Source: Puniceicoccaceae bacterium (GTDB taxonomy: Bacteria; Verrucomicrobiota; Verrucomicrobiia; Opitutales; JAFGAQ01). Taken from it: 64,000 nt of DNA. The stretch spans positions 176,768-240,767 of the forward strand of contig JANQOQ010000010.1 of NCBI GenBank assembly GCA_028285755.1, given 5' to 3'. Numbering within the stretch: the stretch's first letter is position 1; each line of letters starts with the position of its first letter. The position numbers and the translations under genes are program-made. The notes beneath the pieces were generated by a model. It saw only the letters and a list, made by a program, of their open reading frames with translations. It did not search any database and was not told the DNA's origin. Positions 52,560 through 61,148 of this stretch are shown in pieces.

Positions 52560-54572
52560 GCGTGGCATCGTCAGTCGATTCGTTATGGAGACCTGGAAGG
52601 ATTTGGAGTATCGAAGCAGTATTATACCTACTAGGGTTAATACCGATACTTGAATGATCAGAGAGGATGGATACAAATAGCGAAAATCACGTGCGGGTGA
52701 GGATACAATAAACGATAGATAATATATAAAGGGAATGCTCGTGGCTATTATACATCCGAGGCATGAAAGCGTGCGTTGCCTTGCCCAAAACCAGAGACCC
52801 ACCAGGAGTGCTCCTGAATTGATAATCAGCCATACCAAATGGACCCCAAACATCCATCGAGCGGGAGTATCAAGCATAGATAAAGATTGCCACTTAATTT
52901 GATTTCGAAGATCTCGGGTGGCATTGATTTCATGAATGTCGATGGCATTTGGAATTATGGACGAATGAAACCAGTAATGGGTATATTCCAGGCCAAGAAG
53001 CTCAACAAAATGGCGTATTTTTACATGCAAGATTTTTAGGGGATGTGCTCTTAGAGCACTAAAGTACTCTTCCTCGAGTTTTGCATTGTATTGAGTATAA
53101 GAACCGTAATCAGACTCTACGATTGCGGGATTCTCAGCGCTGCCAAATGATATTAAATAGACATTAGCCCATTGAAATCTCTCTTTCCAATCAGGTTTCA
53201 GGCTTTCAACCGTGTAGAGTATGGTATCTGCCGTTTCCGGATATAGATAATATAGCCCGATCAGATCCATAGTATACATTTGTGCTTGCAGGAAAAACTC
53301 ACTCACATCCAGCAATTTATGGGTTACCGGTTTGAGGCAAAATAGGGCGGCAATAAATAAGGCTCCTGCGGTCATTCTGATGAGTCTCAAACGATTTCTG
53401 ACTAGGAAGTAGACAATGAGCCCAAAAACTGGAAAAAGCACGATCGCATTGTATCGAACTGCGACTATCAGTAACATCAAAACGATTATAAAAACTGACC
53501 GGAAAATGTGCTTATATTTGGGTGCTGTGGTCCGTAGGAAAGCATCCAGGGTTAGCCCAATCAGCCAGGGGGTTAGAATAAGCATCCAGGTATCCTTCCA
53601 GAGTGTATTATAGTAATAGACGAGAGGTGACCAATGAAGAGTAAGGATTACGATAACAACACCCGTTATGATGACTTTCTTTTTACGGGAACTCTCATTT
53701 ATACCCGCGCATTTCAGAATTTGATGAATTAGGAAACGTAAACCGAGTATACCCAGAACACTTTGTGTGAAAATTATATTTTCCAGACTGAAACCCACTG
53801 TAAACACTACACGAAGGATTAATGACATAACGGGTGGATGCTGATCCCAGTATTCACCGCGTTGGGCTTGCAGCAGCTGATCTATGGAATCCGGAGAGTA
53901 AAAGCCTGGCTGAAATAAGTACCAATACAGGAAAACCAATAATAAATAGTAAGGGACTGCACGGCTGATTTTTAGGCTGAATAAAAGGATACAGATAGGG
54001 AAAAAACAAAGGAGCAGCAGCTCTTTCCAGATAACTGATGCCTCAACGGTTTGGTAGATGGGGATATCCTCAGCGCTGATGTTTAACAAAAATTGAGTAT
54101 CGGTATTCGAACGTTCCTCAAGAGATACTATTTTTCCTTCGGATACTGTGAACGGGAAATCCAGTCCGGCAGCTAGCAAATCGCTTATGGGTATTGATTT
54201 TAGTATTTGATGATGGCCGTCGACGATTGCTACTGAATGTATTTCAAACGGTGAAATATTATCGGTAGGGTCAATCCGAAGTCGGTAGGGTTCCGCTTCA
54301 TTTACACTTAGCAGGATATCGGTTAAGAAGGGGCCTTCCCTAACATAATTTCGAGTTGCATCTGCTTCGGTAAAGCCTGAGCCCGTATCCTTGTATATTA
54401 CAAAATTCCCACCCTGGTAAACGGTGGTCGTGATTTTAAGAAAACGTTGGGCTTCCTTTTCTAGCCCATAATTTTCAATACGGTAAAATACAAGTAGTAA
54501 TAGGCCAATCGCTAGAACTAAGAGGAGAATAGAGTATTTGTATGAGGCTAATGCAGTTGAGGAGGATTGCAT
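52524..54572 (-). CDS. Large polytopic membrane protein, possibly a GT-C-fold (ArnT/PMT-like) glycosyltransferase
   Basis: 682 aa with more than 10 hydrophobic segments and an extracytoplasmic N-terminal domain. The loop segment SPDSIDQLLQAQRGEYWDQHPPVMS is reminiscent of the acidic-loop/HPP motif of GT-C enzymes. It lies next to a GT2 gene. Confidence 0.4.
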   Translation of the reverse strand: MQSSSTALASYKYSILLLVLAIGLLLLVFYRIENYGLEKEAQRFLKITTTVYQGGNFVIYKDTGSGFTEADATRNYVREGPFLTDILLSVNEAEPYRLRIDPTDNISPFEIHSVAIVDGHHQILKSIPISDLLAAGLDFPFTVSEGKIVSLEERSNTDTQFLLNISAEDIPIYQTVEASVIWKELLLLCFFPICILLFSLKISRAVPYYLLLVFLYWYLFQPGFYSPDSIDQLLQAQRGEYWDQHPPVMSLILRVVFTVGFSLENIIFTQSVLGILGLRFLIHQILKCAGINESSRKKKVIITGVVIVILTLHWSPLVYYYNTLWKDTWMLILTPWLIGLTLDAFLRTTAPKYKHIFRSVFIIVLMLLIVAVRYNAIVLFPVFGLIVYFLVRNRLRLIRMTAGALFIAALFCLKPVTHKLLDVSEFFLQAQMYTMDLIGLYYLYPETADTILYTVESLKPDWKERFQWANVYLISFGSAENPAIVESDYGSYTQYNAKLEEEYFSALRAHPLKILHVKIRHFVELLGLEYTHYWFHSSIIPNAIDIHEINATRDLRNQIKWQSLSMLDTPARWMFGVHLVWLIINSGALLVGLWFWARQRTLSCLGCIIATSIPFIYYLSFIVSSPARDFRYLYPSSLIIQVSVLTLVGIILLRYSKSFQVSITNRLTMPRKNKKATIGQSR

Positions 54573-54610
54573 TGATAGAGGTCAGAAGACTGCTGGCCTT
54601 TTTTATTAAG

Positions 54611-55912
54611 TTATAATTTAATTCTAAAAAATCCTATTAAACACATCCGGAACAGCTTTATGCTATCTTTGAAGCGGCTAATATTGGTTTCACCATAAGT
54701 GCGCGCTTTATAAATAATGGGTATGTCCACAATGCCGAGTTTAAGAACGGATGCGGGAAAAATCATTTCGTAGTCTCCGAATGGATCAAAATCACCAAAG
54801 TCATCATTCCATTTACGGATACGTTGGTAGTCATTGCGCGAGAAAAACTTGGTCCCGCACAGGGAATCACTGATCTGGATATCCAGGATAGTGCTCAGGA
54901 GCTTCGCAAAAAAGATATTGCCGACGTGATTGATAAATCGCATGGCATCCTTCTCCATTGGGTATACGAGGCGGCTGCCATTGATAAAATCAGCCAACCC
55001 TTTCTGATAGGCTTCGTAATATTTGGGTAGATCCTCGGCAGGCATCGTCAGGTCTGCGTCCAGAATGGTGACCAGGTCCTTGGTCGCATTACGAAAGCCC
55101 ACGCGGACCGCGTCCGCCTTGCCTTTGCCCGGTTGTTTAAGTGCCATCATCGTGTATCGTTTTTGATACTCAGGCTCCGCGATGAGTGTATTGATTTTCT
55201 CCCAGGTATCGTCCGTCGAGTTACCTTCTACAAAGATGAGCTCGATATCCTGTGTGAAAGGTGGGATAGAGTCTAAAATATTCTTAATATTGCCCGACTC
55301 ATTGCGAGCAGCGATGATAATGCTGATGCTTTTTTCCTCGGTTTCGGGTTTTCTGGGGCTTAAGTAAGCAATGGATGCAATCGCCAGTTTATTGATAATG
55401 GGGATGATTTTGAATAATCGATTGATCCAGTCCCCCAATCCCCACAGGCGAAACGGGAAAAAGTAAACATTGGAGATATTAACTACATCATAACCGGTGA
55501 TTTTTGCGAAGTTGATCAGGCTGGTCTGGGTAACGAAGTTTTGGGTTTCGTGAGATTTAGAGAGTCCCAGTTTATTCGTGATTTTGTAAAGCCAGCGCAG
55601 GTAGGGATTATAAAGAATTGCAGCGACTCTGCAGGATCGGTTACTGCTGTCATAAATCTGGGCAAGCTGTTCTTGTATTTCGCTGTTATGATTGAGGTCC
55701 CCATCGATTACGAAAAGCTGGGTGTGGTTGATGTTTTCAGCTGCATTTTTTGAGGGTGTAACCGAGACCTGATGATGTTTTGCTCCGAGTAATTCAAACA
55801 GCCTTTGCTTGCCGGTATCTCCCTGGTGATCCAGGACTAGTTCATCAAAATACGGTGCAATGCGGCCCAGTTCGGATGCCAAAAACGCTTTTAAGGATTT
55901 TCGAAACAGCAT
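54611..55912 (-). CDS. Bifunctional-type protein: degenerate class-I methyltransferase-like N-domain + family-2 glycosyltransferase
   Basis: GT2 core ISIIIAARNESGNIKNILDSI...ELIFVEGNSTDDT and ILDADLTMPAED (DxD). The N-domain LVLDHQGDTGK ... LFVIDGDLNHNSEIQEQL follows the methyltransferase motif I / post-I pattern, but the Gly-rich SAM loop is substituted. Confidence 0.75.
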   Translation of the reverse strand: MLFRKSLKAFLASELGRIAPYFDELVLDHQGDTGKQRLFELLGAKHHQVSVTPSKNAAENINHTQLFVIDGDLNHNSEIQEQLAQIYDSSNRSCRVAAILYNPYLRWLYKITNKLGLSKSHETQNFVTQTSLINFAKITGYDVVNISNVYFFPFRLWGLGDWINRLFKIIPIINKLAIASIAYLSPRKPETEEKSISIIIAARNESGNIKNILDSIPPFTQDIELIFVEGNSTDDTWEKINTLIAEPEYQKRYTMMALKQPGKGKADAVRVGFRNATKDLVTILDADLTMPAEDLPKYYEAYQKGLADFINGSRLVYPMEKDAMRFINHVGNIFFAKLLSTILDIQISDSLCGTKFFSRNDYQRIRKWNDDFGDFDPFGDYEMIFPASVLKLGIVDIPIIYKARTYGETNISRFKDSIKLFRMCLIGFFRIKL

Positions 55913-56010
55913 AATATGCGGTGGTAGGTCTTAAAAATCCGTATCACAAGACTAGTCTTGTGAAATGCAAACCCTTAATTCGAGCAAGCGGTTTATATTA
56001 AAGAAATAAG

Positions 56011-56087
56011 CCGGAGTAATGGTCGGGATGACTGGATTCGAACCAGCGACTTCTACGTCCCGAACGTAGCGCTCTGCCAGGCTGAGC
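56011..56087 (-). tRNA. tRNA-Pro (anticodon CGG), CCA encoded
   Basis: Hand-folded cloverleaf from the reverse complement: acceptor CGGGATG/CATCCCG, D stem GCTC/GAGC, anticodon stem CTACG/CGTAG with loop TTCGGGA, variable AAGTC, T arm GCTGG-TTCGAAT-CCAGT, discriminator A + CCA. Confidence 0.9.
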
Positions 56088-56337
56088 TACATCCCGATTG
56101 ACCAAAAGAACAAGCTACCAGAGATTGTCGTTGGATTTCAATACTATTGTAACTTAGGAGCCGGTTGGATTAGGCGACTTTGTAGGAATTTAATCATTGT
56201 TAATTTCTAGGGGCAGAAATTGAACCCATACGGGTTTTTTAATTAAGCCATCGATTTTAATTGAATCCCCCAAAAAGCCACAATAAGGGATAGCTATCTC
56301 TTATTTCCACAACGCCTTATCTTCAATCCCTCGAAGC

Positions 56338-58719
56338 ATGTATAAGCAATTTCAGATTCTGTTTCTATTCGTAAGCTGCCTATTAATTAACAGCATATCT
56401 AATGCTTCAATAACTCTCAAATATAAAACGGCGAATGGTTACATCCCGATCACAGCCGTAAATGATGGGAAGCTAATTGCTGAGGTAAATGGTAAGCCAA
56501 ATCCGGTGAACCCCAGTAACTTATTCTCATTAGAAGCTAGCATGGATGATCTTTTAGATTATGCCATACATCCTCCATTTTACAGTATCACCCGTAATAC
56601 GAAGGATCCTGATTCGGCGAATCGAAATTTTATGCACAGTTTCAATATTCATGGGTCAGGACTAAAATTAATGACCTCACCTGCTTTTAAAGGGACTATA
56701 ATTAGTAAATCGTGGGATGTAGAGGACGAGCAGAATACTAAGATAGTTGTTGCATGGTTTCACCCCGATGAATTGAGCCACCCGGCTGAGCTTTCACATA
56801 TTAACTACAAATATTTGACGGATAAGAACAGCGCTGCTCGTTTTAAACCCTCGCATGCTGAAAAACGGAGGTTGCTTCCTGCCATATTGCTATTTGGAGG
56901 TAATGGGAAATTTGTTAAACCAAAAGAGACTAAGGATCGTGCCCTGGAGAAGGCTATTATTAGTTCTCTTATTCGGGATGATTCAGCTGCCCTCCAAGCA
57001 CTGATCACAGAGAATAAGCGTATTGTTAGATCTGAATTTTTTGAAGGGGATTTATTGCACTGGGCTGTTGGTTACAAAAGTCACAAATGTATGGAAGTAC
57101 TTCTTGCGAATGATGCCCGGCTTAATGGGAAATATTCAGATCACTTTACTCCGTTGATGCTAGCCTCTGGAAATAGTGATACCAAATCAGTTGCAATGCT
57201 GCTAAAGGCGGGTGCTAACATTAAGTCAGCGGATTCTCTTGGCAATACACCTCTGCATTCTGCCGCTCATATTGGTAATAATGAGATAGTTAAGGCACTC
57301 CTGGATGCAGGAGCTTCTATAGACAAGGAGAATATTATTAAGTGGAGTCCTGTATATATGGCGGCTGCCCAGGGGCAAAATTCTACCGTTAAGCTATTAC
57401 TGGAAAATGGTTCGAAGTTCAAACTGGATAAGGACCAGAAGCAATTCCTGCTCTTTCGTGCATTGCGCAAAAATAGTCTGGATGAGCTAGAATTCATTCT
57501 TTCAAGGGGAGCTAAAGCCGATTTGGCTTCAAGAAACCATTACCCAATTTTCGAGGCAGCCCGATGGAGTAGCGGGCAGTTGATTGATGTATTGGTGGAA
57601 AATGGAGCGGATGTAAATCGCACTAAAAAGGGTGGTATGACACCGGTCATGATTGCTGCGCTTCACAATTATGATGGCTTGCTTGCACTATTGAAACATG
57701 GTGCGGATCCGAATGCGATAACGGAAGCAGGTGCAACTGCACTGCACCTGGCGATTACTGAGAATAACTTGGATGCTACCCGATTTCTGCTTCAAAATGG
57801 GGCTGATCCCAATTTAGAGAATCCCGATGGTGTGAATTTACTCTGGTGGGCAACCATGGTGGGTGATCGCATGAGTCTTAATGAGCTAATCAGTGCAGGT
57901 GCCGTTTGCAAAATGACCCCTGAAACGGCAATGCCCCTAATGGACTATGCGTTCAGGCATAATATACCCGAAATAGTCGAGATTACGATCGCTCAGTGTT
58001 TGGAGCCGGATTTTAGATTTTATGATGCATTTCCCAATACGTGGGTTGCGGAAAGGTATGGAGCTGAGCTCATAGGGAATTACCTGAATGATATCACTAA
58101 ATCCAATGATAGCATGGGAGTTCCCGAATTTAAAACGTATCGGGATGTTCGAAATCACATAAAGGTAAAGAATCAGGTTTCACCTAAATACCCGCGCGAT
58201 TTACAAAAAGAGTACGGTGAGTTTCTGGCTGTATTAGATGCTATCATAGATGTGGATGGTAGCGTGCGTTTTCCTGTTATAATCGAGAATCCGGCCAATG
58301 AAATGAGTGAAAACATCGTCAATGCATTGAGTCGTTGGCAATTCGAACCCATTGTGATGGATGGGAAACCTGTCCGTGTACGTCTTGAAATCCCTATACA
58401 AATGGTTCCAAGTCTTGAAGATGAACGGGTCTATGATATTGAGGCTGCTGACCAGAAGCCAAGGCCCTTACGAATTATTGAGCCGGTTTATCCACCTGGA
58501 ATGAAGAGAAAAAAAATCGAGGGTGAAGTGATGCTTGAGTTTGTGGTTACAGTAGAGGGTAATGTTGACAATGTTGAAGTGGTTAGTGCCACTCATCGAG
58601 AATTCGTGATGCATGCGGTTGATGCGATGAGGCGATGGAAGTTTTCGCCGGGTTATGTAGATGGAGATGCCGTCAACGTACTTGCCAGAGTACCGCTTCG
58701 CTTCAGTATTCAAAAATGA
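56338..58719 (+). CDS. Secreted ankyrin-repeat protein with two tandem C-terminal TonB-C-like domains
   Basis: Signal peptide. There are about 8-9 ankyrin repeats (GNTPLHSAAHIGNNEIVKALLDAGASI, GMTPVMIAALHNYDGLLALLKHGADPN, GATALHLAITENNLDATRFLLQNGADPN). Two TonB-C-like units follow: PKYPRDLQKEYGEFLAVLDAIIDVDGSV...WQFEP (58174-58410) and PVYPPGMKRKKIEGEVMLEFVVTVEGNV...WKFSPG (58462-58716). Confidence 0.8.
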   Translation: MYKQFQILFLFVSCLLINSISNASITLKYKTANGYIPITAVNDGKLIAEVNGKPNPVNPSNLFSLEASMDDLLDYAIHPPFYSITRNTKDPDSANRNFMHSFNIHGSGLKLMTSPAFKGTIISKSWDVEDEQNTKIVVAWFHPDELSHPAELSHINYKYLTDKNSAARFKPSHAEKRRLLPAILLFGGNGKFVKPKETKDRALEKAIISSLIRDDSAALQALITENKRIVRSEFFEGDLLHWAVGYKSHKCMEVLLANDARLNGKYSDHFTPLMLASGNSDTKSVAMLLKAGANIKSADSLGNTPLHSAAHIGNNEIVKALLDAGASIDKENIIKWSPVYMAAAQGQNSTVKLLLENGSKFKLDKDQKQFLLFRALRKNSLDELEFILSRGAKADLASRNHYPIFEAARWSSGQLIDVLVENGADVNRTKKGGMTPVMIAALHNYDGLLALLKHGADPNAITEAGATALHLAITENNLDATRFLLQNGADPNLENPDGVNLLWWATMVGDRMSLNELISAGAVCKMTPETAMPLMDYAFRHNIPEIVEITIAQCLEPDFRFYDAFPNTWVAERYGAELIGNYLNDITKSNDSMGVPEFKTYRDVRNHIKVKNQVSPKYPRDLQKEYGEFLAVLDAIIDVDGSVRFPVIIENPANEMSENIVNALSRWQFEPIVMDGKPVRVRLEIPIQMVPSLEDERVYDIEAADQKPRPLRIIEPVYPPGMKRKKIEGEVMLEFVVTVEGNVDNVEVVSATHREFVMHAVDAMRRWKFSPGYVDGDAVNVLARVPLRFSIQK

Positions 58720-58819
58720 GCCTTTACGTCATTACAGGCAGTCCCGGGGTGGAGAAGAGCATCTTAGCACTCTGATAAGGCGCTTGCATAGAGTTAAATC
58801 ATTAGATTCATCTCAATTG

Positions 58820-59545
58820 ATGAGTGAAGGTAGGAAATCGGGTATTCTCATTTATGCGGCGTATGCTTGTATACTGATTTCGTGTTTGCTTATCATCTTT
58901 TTGCCTGGGACGGGTTGGTTTTTTGCGGCACCTCTATTTTTTGCGGTTTTGGTGCTTTGCATTGTGGCAATGACTCGCGGTATTGTCTCGATGAGCATAT
59001 TTACGCTTATCGTTTCGATGATTTTGCCCGCTGGAGTGCAATTTGTTTTTGTTGGGCTCGTAGCCAAGTGCGGTATGAATTCTATCGAAAAAGAAACCGA
59101 ATACCTGCATACTGAAGAAGCCGCAATGATATTAATCACCCATAGCGAAGTTGGAGAGGTTTTAGTAGATGCCGAAGGGGTGGAAACGGATGTTGAAGTC
59201 AGGGCTAGACCTGAAGTAGTAGAGGCAAATATCCAAATAGAAGTGCCTCAAATCGAATTAAATGTAATCCGGGAACAACTCGCTTTTCGAGGAAACGAAG
59301 GTTTTATTGAAGATGGCAAACGGGTTGCAACTACTCAGCTGTATAATGGAAGTGAGTATTGGATTAAGGATGCTCAAATCATTCTTCGGTGGGTAAATAT
59401 TGAAGGGGAGATTTTTAGGGAACAATTACAATCAAGTGGGGTCCTTCAAGTTGGAGAATCCAGGCAATACCGTTTCGAATTACAAGACGACCCAGAAATT
59501 GAGAAGTTTGAATTTACGATAGGAGATTTCGAGCTCGAGCTTTGA
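58820..59545 (+). CDS. Membrane protein (3-4 TM) with acidic C-terminal soluble domain, function unknown
   Basis: Start placed at ATG 58820 (MSEGRKSGILIYAAYACILISCLLIIF...); the ORF-track start at 58661 overlaps the previous gene. I recognise no motif. Confidence 0.4.
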   Translation: MSEGRKSGILIYAAYACILISCLLIIFLPGTGWFFAAPLFFAVLVLCIVAMTRGIVSMSIFTLIVSMILPAGVQFVFVGLVAKCGMNSIEKETEYLHTEEAAMILITHSEVGEVLVDAEGVETDVEVRARPEVVEANIQIEVPQIELNVIREQLAFRGNEGFIEDGKRVATTQLYNGSEYWIKDAQIILRWVNIEGEIFREQLQSSGVLQVGESRQYRFELQDDPEIEKFEFTIGDFELEL

Positions 59546-59618
59546 TCCTAGATCGATGCGAGCCCAGACGTAGTATTCTGGTAGGGATCGTCCAGGGTTT
59601 TATTACCATTGTAAATAA

Positions 59619-60527
59619 TCAGGGCAGTGTAATTTCAATGCTCCAGTCTGGGCCTGAGCCTATACCATGTGCTTCAGCAAAGTTTGCCATATTGAGCGCA
59701 ACCGAAACATTTTTTAAACTATTCATATATAAGATGGGTTGGCCAACTTCCACTGAGCCAAAGGCCTCACCGTACAGAATCTCACCGTTGTAGACTCTTT
59801 TACCATCCTTAAAGATTTTAACTTCCACGAGATCGCCCACTTCAGCACCTGCTTCCAGGAACATACTCTGGTGTATATTCGTCCAGACATTGCCAAACTG
59901 GGTATCCAGGATGGGGATGCCGCCCATCACTTTATTGCCCTTGGTTTTTGCTTTGGGGTATTCAATCCTCACCACGTCAGGGGGGAGTAAGGGCCCCACT
60001 TCTTCAAAGGTAATGACTGCTGCAGCCAGACGCGCCCCGGTGTATGCATAGAGATCGCGCCCGGGAAACGTATTGGAATCGATAGCACCCGGGATGAGAT
60101 TAATCTTTTCGTCAATCTCGCGCACGCCATCAATACCCAAACTCTCAGCAACGAGTGTAAGTGAGCCGTTGTCAGCGGATACAAAGTAGTGTCCGCTTTT
60201 GGTTTTTAGCACGACGGATTTGCACGTTGTGCTATCGCCCGGATCCACCACGTTGACAAATACGGTTCCTGGCGGCCAGTAGGGGCTGGTTTGATTGAGT
60301 CGGTATGCAGCCTCCCAAATATTATACTCAGGAATCAGGTGAGTAAGGTCATGAATCGCGATCTCGCTGCTCACCGAAAATGCGACCCCTCTCATGGCTG
60401 CTACGCCACCGTCCTTTTCACTGAAATCTGTCTGAAAGACGACCGCATTGCGCGCATGTGACAAATTTATTGTCAGTGAAAGAAGTATGATTGGAAGATA
60501 GAAGCAATTGCTGTTTGGAAAGGACAT
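59619..60527 (-). CDS. SAM hydroxide adenosyltransferase family protein (DUF62; fluorinase/chlorinase-related) with signal peptide
   Basis: VVFQTDFSEKDGGVAAMRGVAFSV...IHDLTHLIPEYNIWEAAYRL...PPGTVFVNVVDPG...YFVSADNGSLTLV follows the TDFG..D.yvg.mkGv / VVDPGVG / PDNG pattern of DUF62. The N-terminus MSFPNSNCFYLPIILLSLTINLSHA looks like a signal peptide. Confidence 0.75.
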   Translation of the reverse strand: MSFPNSNCFYLPIILLSLTINLSHARNAVVFQTDFSEKDGGVAAMRGVAFSVSSEIAIHDLTHLIPEYNIWEAAYRLNQTSPYWPPGTVFVNVVDPGDSTTCKSVVLKTKSGHYFVSADNGSLTLVAESLGIDGVREIDEKINLIPGAIDSNTFPGRDLYAYTGARLAAAVITFEEVGPLLPPDVVRIEYPKAKTKGNKVMGGIPILDTQFGNVWTNIHQSMFLEAGAEVGDLVEVKIFKDGKRVYNGEILYGEAFGSVEVGQPILYMNSLKNVSVALNMANFAEAHGIGSGPDWSIEITLP

Positions 60528-60601
60528 ATTAATAAAGATTTCTTAAAAATTGCTTAGCAAAGAATCTACCCATTCACTATTTTCAACTTATTTAGATACA
60601 T

Positions 60602-61102
60602 ATGCACCTTACTATTATCACCGGGAGTCCAGGGGTAGGGAAGAGTACCTTCGGGCGTGAACTTGCTGCCGAAAGTGGGGCTTGTCTGCTGGATATTGAT
60701 ACGTGTTCGGAGCTGCTCGTTAGAGCGGGGCTCCGGCTCGCTGATCAGGATCCGGAGGATCGGGACAGCTCATTGTTTAAAGAGACCTTCCGGGAGCCTA
60801 TCTATGAAAGTCTCTTTCGGGTGGCTGCGGAAAATTTGCCCCACGTTCCTGTGGTCATTGTAGGGCCCTTTACCCGCGAGATTCGGGATACGGAATGGTT
60901 GAGTAAGCTCAAGGATCGTTTCCAATGCCCGGTAGAAATCTATTACCTGTATTGTGATCCGCAAGAACGTTATCAAAGACTGGTTGACCGTGCGAATCCC
61001 CGCGATCGTTTGAAATTTAAGGATTACAATACCTTCAATCAATACTACGGGGAAGAGGCTCCCCCTGCATTTGAGCATATTTACGTAGATACATCCAAAT
61101 AG
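60602..61102 (+). CDS. P-loop NTPase / small-molecule-kinase-like ATP-binding protein
   Basis: Walker A ITGSPGVGKST at the N-terminus. The 166-aa size and layout are like AAA-type/nucleotide-kinase-fold proteins. No further specificity can be assigned. Confidence 0.6.
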   Translation: MHLTIITGSPGVGKSTFGRELAAESGACLLDIDTCSELLVRAGLRLADQDPEDRDSSLFKETFREPIYESLFRVAAENLPHVPVVIVGPFTREIRDTEWLSKLKDRFQCPVEIYYLYCDPQERYQRLVDRANPRDRLKFKDYNTFNQYYGEEAPPAFEHIYVDTSK

Positions 61103-61148
61103 CATTAGGGATTGTGCTCAAACTCTGCGTCTACTAGCATATACTTTT

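Noticed and set aside
56011-56087. tRNA-Pro as an integration hotspot for a mobile element
   Set aside because: There is no integrase, no partial tRNA duplication and no compositional shift adjacent to it. The island with the recombinase is 44 kb away.
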